DNA from: an uncultured SAR86 cluster bacterium
GTDB taxonomy: Bacteria; Pseudomonadota; Gammaproteobacteria; Magnimaribacterales; D2472
NCBI GenBank assembly: GCA_902513515.1
Contig: CABXNE010000001.1
Coordinates: forward strand, 41,102-105,101
DNA length: 64,000 nt
Reading direction: 5' to 3'
Shown: one piece after another, positions 59,847 to 64,000 of the stretch
How the letters are laid out: every line of letters starts with the position of its first letter
Position numbering within the stretch: position 1 is the first letter of the stretch
The notes under the pieces: generated by a model
The model's database searches: none
What the model was told of the DNA's origin: nothing
What the model saw: only the letters and a program-made list of their open reading frames with translations
Position numbers and translations under genes: made by a program

Positions 59847-61220
59847 TTAGCTTATATCAATGTGAATTGTTTCATCAATTAATTTTAATTGATTAAGAAA
59901 CATATTTTTTATCTCCTTTAGTCTTGAAGGCGTTTTAGCCTCAAACCTTAGAACAAGTTTTGGGGTAGTATTAGACGCTCTTATTAAGCCCCATCCATCT
60001 TCAAAATCTACTCTAAGGCCATCAATAGTAACTTTTGAGCCCCCTTCAAATTTAGCTTTATTAACGAAATCTTCAACTACTCTAAATTTTTCTTCTTCTT
60101 TAACATTTAAATTTAATTCAGGCGTGGAGTGAGCTTTGGGTAGTTGATTCAACATAGAAGAGAGTGGCATATCTAATTTTTTCAAGATTTCTAATAACCT
60201 AAAAGCAGAGTAATGACCATCATCGAAACCATACCATTGATCGTTAAAAAAAATGTGACCACTCATTTCACCGGCCAGTGGCGCATTAGTTTTTTTAAGA
60301 GCATTTTTTATATGAAAATGACCTGTAGGAGACATTAATGGAATGCCACCAGCTTCATTAATAATTTCACTAAGCAAATTTGTGCACTTCACATCAAAAA
60401 CTATTTCTTTGCCAGGATAATTTTTTAAGACATCTTTCGCAAAGATCATCATGAGCTGATCAGGAAAAATAATATCCCCTTCTTCAGTCACAACGCCCAG
60501 TCTATCTCCATCTCCGTCAAACGCTATCCCTGCATCAGCAGAATTCTCTGTTACTGCCTTAATTAAATCTTGAAGGTTTTCCACTCTTCCAGGATCGGGG
60601 TGATGATTCGGAAAGTTGCCATCAATCTCACAATAAAGCTCAATCACTTCATAGCCTAATGAGCGCATTAGTTTAGGTGCAATTTCACCAGCTGAACCAT
60701 TACCACAATCTATAACAACTTTAAGTTTTTTTGGCTTTTCCAATCCTTGTGATAATACTTCTTGGATGTACTCATCCATTAAATTTTTCTTAAAGATTTC
60801 TTTACCAGTATTTATTTTGTTGATTGGTTTGTTGGAGAGCAAATTTAAGATTTCAATACCTGAAATGGGAGAATCATTAATTACTATTTTAAAACCATTA
60901 TAGTTTTTTGGATTATGGCTTCCAGTAATCATGATTCCAGATTTTGAAGGTAATTGTTTAGCCGCGAAATAAAGCAGGGGGCTGGTAACTATCCCAACAT
61001 TCACAACATTGATTCCAAGAGATTGGAGTTCTTTTGAAAGAAGGCTTAATATCTTTTCTCCAGATAGCCTTCCATCTCTACCAAGAGCTAGTTCATTAAT
61101 ATTTTCAACGTTGCATTTTTTAGCAATTGCATTGGAGATGAGACTAATGGAAGTTTCATTTAGTTGAGAGGGAACAATTCCTCTAATGTCATATTCTCTG
61201 AATATGGATTCATCAATCAT
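59847..61220 (-). CDS. algC: Phosphomannomutase/phosphoglucomutase
   Basis: 457 aa. Active-site Ser loop ITGSHNPKNYNGFK, metal loop FDGDGDRLG, sugar loop GEMSGH. Confidence 0.85.
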   Translation of the reverse strand: MIDESIFREYDIRGIVPSQLNETSISLISNAIAKKCNVENINELALGRDGRLSGEKILSLLSKELQSLGINVVNVGIVTSPLLYFAAKQLPSKSGIMITGSHNPKNYNGFKIVINDSPISGIEILNLLSNKPINKINTGKEIFKKNLMDEYIQEVLSQGLEKPKKLKVVIDCGNGSAGEIAPKLMRSLGYEVIELYCEIDGNFPNHHPDPGRVENLQDLIKAVTENSADAGIAFDGDGDRLGVVTEEGDIIFPDQLMMIFAKDVLKNYPGKEIVFDVKCTNLLSEIINEAGGIPLMSPTGHFHIKNALKKTNAPLAGEMSGHIFFNDQWYGFDDGHYSAFRLLEILKKLDMPLSSMLNQLPKAHSTPELNLNVKEEEKFRVVEDFVNKAKFEGGSKVTIDGLRVDFEDGWGLIRASNTTPKLVLRFEAKTPSRLKEIKNMFLNQLKLIDETIHIDIS

Positions 61221-61286
61221 AGGAATTTTAATTTCATTATCTGAGTTGTTTTGTCATAATAACTGAGACTTAAAACCATACACAAC

Positions 61287-62207
61287 ATGTTTCTTAATAC
61301 CGACTCAAAATTTATCTGGCTTAATGGAAGTTTTCAGCCATTCAATGAAACAAATATTCACCTTTTATCCAATACACTTCATTATGGTATGGGGGTTTTT
61401 GAGGGTGTTCGTGCCTATGAAACTTCAGATGGTGGCGCGATCTTTAGGCTAGATGATCATACCAAAAGATTATTTGATGCAGCATCAAAAATTAATATTA
61501 CAATTCCATATTCAATTGATGAATTATGCCAAGCCCAAAGAGCAGCAATGGTTAAAAATAATCTTCAGGAGGGCTATATTCGTCCGATTGTCTTCTTGGG
61601 AAGTGAATCAATGGGTCTAAGATCTCAAGATTTGCTTTCTGTAAATGTTGCTATTGCTTGTTGGGAATGGCCATCATATATGGATCCAGATGCAAAGCGG
61701 AATGGCATCTCAGTTGTTAAATCTCCATTTCAACAATATGACAATCCCTTATATTCAAACAATAAAATTATTGGTACTTATGTTAATTCAATCATGGCAG
61801 TTAATGACGCAATTTCTAGAGGTGCGGAAGAGGCAATATTGCTGGATAAAAATGGTTTTATCTCAGAGGGTAGTGGTGAAAACTTGTTTATAGTTAAGAA
61901 CTCAAAGTTAATGACACCTACAACAGATTATTGTTTGAATGGAATTACCAGACAAAGTGTCATCACTATTGCTAAAAATCTTCAATTAACTGTAGAAGAG
62001 AAGAATTTAACTTTCGATGATTTGATATCCTCAGACGAGGCTTTTTATTCAGGAACAGCTGTTGAGATCACCCCCATAACAACTGTTGATGGATCAAAAA
62101 TAGGCAGCGGTTCAATTGGGCCTATCACTGAACAACTTCAAACTAATTATTCCGACATAGTTTATGGTTGCGATAAAAGTTATTCACACTGGCTAACCTC
62201 AATTTAG
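61287..62207 (+). CDS. ilvE: Branched-chain amino acid aminotransferase (fold type IV)
   Basis: 306 aa. W.NG, HYGMGVFEGVRAY, YIRP and EGSGENLF motifs. Confidence 0.9.
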   Translation: MFLNTDSKFIWLNGSFQPFNETNIHLLSNTLHYGMGVFEGVRAYETSDGGAIFRLDDHTKRLFDAASKINITIPYSIDELCQAQRAAMVKNNLQEGYIRPIVFLGSESMGLRSQDLLSVNVAIACWEWPSYMDPDAKRNGISVVKSPFQQYDNPLYSNNKIIGTYVNSIMAVNDAISRGAEEAILLDKNGFISEGSGENLFIVKNSKLMTPTTDYCLNGITRQSVITIAKNLQLTVEEKNLTFDDLISSDEAFYSGTAVEITPITTVDGSKIGSGSIGPITEQLQTNYSDIVYGCDKSYSHWLTSI

Positions 62208-62219
62208 TCCTCACAAAAA

Positions 62220-63464
62220 TTGAATCAAAGATTAAACATTGCTATTTGTAGCTATCGAAGTGCACCTTTTGGAGGCGGCCAAGGTATATTTGTATTTGAG
62301 TTATCTAAGGCCTTGTATGATTTAGGTCATAATGTAGACGTTATTTCAGGACCGCCATATCCAAATCTTAAAAACAGCATTAAGTTAATTAAATCTCCAG
62401 GGTTAAATTTATTTAGTACTTTTAATTTTCAAGACAGGCTAAAAATTTTTTCAGAAAAAAAGAATAAGTCTGCAGATGATTGGTATGAATTTATTTCAGC
62501 ACTGTTTGGAGGGTTTCCAGAATTGAAGACGTTTGGTAATAGGGCGCAAAATCTTCTCAATGAATCTTCGTATGATGTTGTTATTGATAATCAATCTCTT
62601 AGTTATGGAATGATAGAGGTTCAAAAAAATATACCCTTAATTGAGATTATTCATCACCCCATTACAAAAGATTATCGTTACGATATTAAATTTTCTAAAG
62701 GTATGATCCAAAAAATATCTAAATGGAGATGGTTTTCTTTCTTAAAAATGCAGAAAAAAGTATCCCTCAAATTAAAGGTTATTTCTACCCCATCACATAA
62801 TTCAAAAAAAGATATTACTAAAGATTTTGGTGTGCTTGAGAAAAATATCTCAGTAATACCCAATGGCATAGATCATGAATGTTTTACTCCCATGCAAAAC
62901 ATTAGAAGAGTTCCAGAACAAATTATTACAACAGCCAGTGCAGATGTTCCGCTTAAAGGCCTAGATTTTACTTTACATGCTGTTGCCAGATTAAAAGAAG
63001 ATTACCCAGGATTAAAATTAGTGATTATTGGCGCACCAAGACCTGGTGGCCATACGGAGAGATTAATCAAAAGACTACAGATCGATCAAAATATTTTATA
63101 CAGATCAAACCTTACTAGACATGAAATAGCAGTTGAATATGCGAAAAGCAATATTGCTATAGTGAGCTCTCTATATGAAGGTTTTGGGTTCCCTGTTGGA
63201 GAAGCTATGTCTTGTGCAATACCCCTTATAGCAACTAATGTTGCATCTATTCCAGAAATAACCCAGTCTTTTGCTGAACTGATTCCAGCAGAAAGCACAG
63301 ATGCAATAGAGTTAGCTATTAGAAACATTTTTACCAACCCCACAAAAAACCAATTGAGAGCAGATGCTAGCAGAATGCATATAATAGAGAACTTTAATTG
63401 GAAAAAAATTGCAAAGTTATACGAAAATTTAATTTATAAAACGATAGATGAATTCCAATGCTAA
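62220..63464 (+). CDS. Glycosyltransferase family 4 (GT-B fold)
   Basis: 414 aa with a TTG start. N-terminal GGGQG and the C-terminal E-x7-E region (SLYEGFGFPVGEAMSCAIPLIATNVASIPE). Confidence 0.8.
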   Translation: MNQRLNIAICSYRSAPFGGGQGIFVFELSKALYDLGHNVDVISGPPYPNLKNSIKLIKSPGLNLFSTFNFQDRLKIFSEKKNKSADDWYEFISALFGGFPELKTFGNRAQNLLNESSYDVVIDNQSLSYGMIEVQKNIPLIEIIHHPITKDYRYDIKFSKGMIQKISKWRWFSFLKMQKKVSLKLKVISTPSHNSKKDITKDFGVLEKNISVIPNGIDHECFTPMQNIRRVPEQIITTASADVPLKGLDFTLHAVARLKEDYPGLKLVIIGAPRPGGHTERLIKRLQIDQNILYRSNLTRHEIAVEYAKSNIAIVSSLYEGFGFPVGEAMSCAIPLIATNVASIPEITQSFAELIPAESTDAIELAIRNIFTNPTKNQLRADASRMHIIENFNWKKIAKLYENLIYKTIDEFQC

Positions 63465-64000
63465 CTTTTAGCCTACATAAGATATCTCTTAAGCCTCACT
63501 CAAAAGTTTTAGATGTAGGGTGCGGAGAGGGGCGTCATATATTTGGATCTTTACATGAATATTCAGAAGTGCATTGTATTGGACTGGATCAGGATATTCC
63601 TTCATTAAATAAATGTAAGGAAGGCTTGGAGTTTTTTAAAGAACTTAATTCTGGTTCTACGGTTTTTATGCAAGGCTCTGTATACAGATTGCCATTCGAT
63701 GATAATACTTTTGATCTTGTTATTTGTTCAGAGGTGCTAGAGCATCTTGAGGATTACCATGCTGCAGTTGATGAAATTTACAGAGTTTTAAAACTTGAAG
63801 GAAAATTTTTACCCAGTGTTCCCTCGTATTGGCCTGAAAAAATTTGCTGGTCTCTCTCATCTGGCTATCAAAATATGCCTGGCGGCCATGTAAGAATCTT
63901 TAAAAAACGTCAAGTGATTAATGAGATAGAAGATCATGGATTTAAGTATGATCATGCTGAAAGATTTCATGGTCTGCATAGTGCCTATTGGTGGCTTCGA
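63458..64000 (+). CDS. Class I SAM-dependent methyltransferase (partial, runs off the window end)
   Basis: Not in the ORF track because it is truncated. The ATG at 63458 overlaps the glycosyltransferase stop (ATGCTAA). Motif I VLDVGCGEGRH, and DLVICSEVLEHL typical of the Methyltransf_11 type. Confidence 0.75.
   Translation, partial: MLTFSLHKISLKPHSKVLDVGCGEGRHIFGSLHEYSEVHCIGLDQDIPSLNKCKEGLEFFKELNSGSTVFMQGSVYRLPFDDNTFDLVICSEVLEHLEDYHAAVDEIYRVLKLEGKFLPSVPSYWPEKICWSLSSGYQNMPGGHVRIFKKRQVINEIEDHGFKYDHAERFHGLHSAYWWLR

Overview
AT-rich (about one-third G+C by eye), very compact chromosomal segment: about 59 genes in 64 kb, most intergenic gaps under 120 bp, many 1-4 nt overlaps. It looks like a streamlined marine gammaproteobacterium. 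Gene order follows Pseudomonas-type backbone blocks; a SAR86-like lineage is only a guess. Backbone blocks: yqeY-rpsU | tsaD-folB-folK; cca-apaH-rsmA-pdxA-surA-lptD; amgK-murU-rpe-DUF192-trpEGDC; coq7-purD-purH-fis; rsmE-gshB-tonB-like-ruvX-dnaG-rpoD-tRNA(CAU); hemE-gltD | gltB | aroB-aroK | mrcA; slmA-algC | ilvE-glycosyltransferase-methyltransferase. I saw no rRNA, CRISPR array, transposase, intact integrase, prophage or recognisable anti-phage defence system. The one clearly accessory stretch is 31.7-47.8 kb, directly downstream of the tRNA. It holds an FG-GAP/VCBS surface protein, an aldehyde dehydrogenase, two saccharopine-dehydrogenase-fold reductases, a secreted CIA30 protein, an acyl-CoA ligase, an SCP2-type thiolase, an NMO-family flavoenzyme, a carotenoid-cleavage-oxygenase (lignostilbene-dioxygenase-like), a second thiolase whose catalytic Cys is replaced by Ser, and a TonB-dependent receptor. 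My best candidate for an undescribed system is this regulator-less set, read as receptor import, oxidative C=C cleavage, then CoA-dependent shortening. The second candidate is the glutamate synthase locus. There gltB alone is inverted relative to the conserved aroK-aroB-gltB-gltD-hemE order. gltD carries an N-terminal extension (up to about 90 aa) that faintly resembles an integrase arm-type DNA-binding domain plus a Pro/Ser/Thr linker. The 57-bp divergent spacer holds phased direct repeats. All family assignments come from motif recognition by eye; no searches were run.
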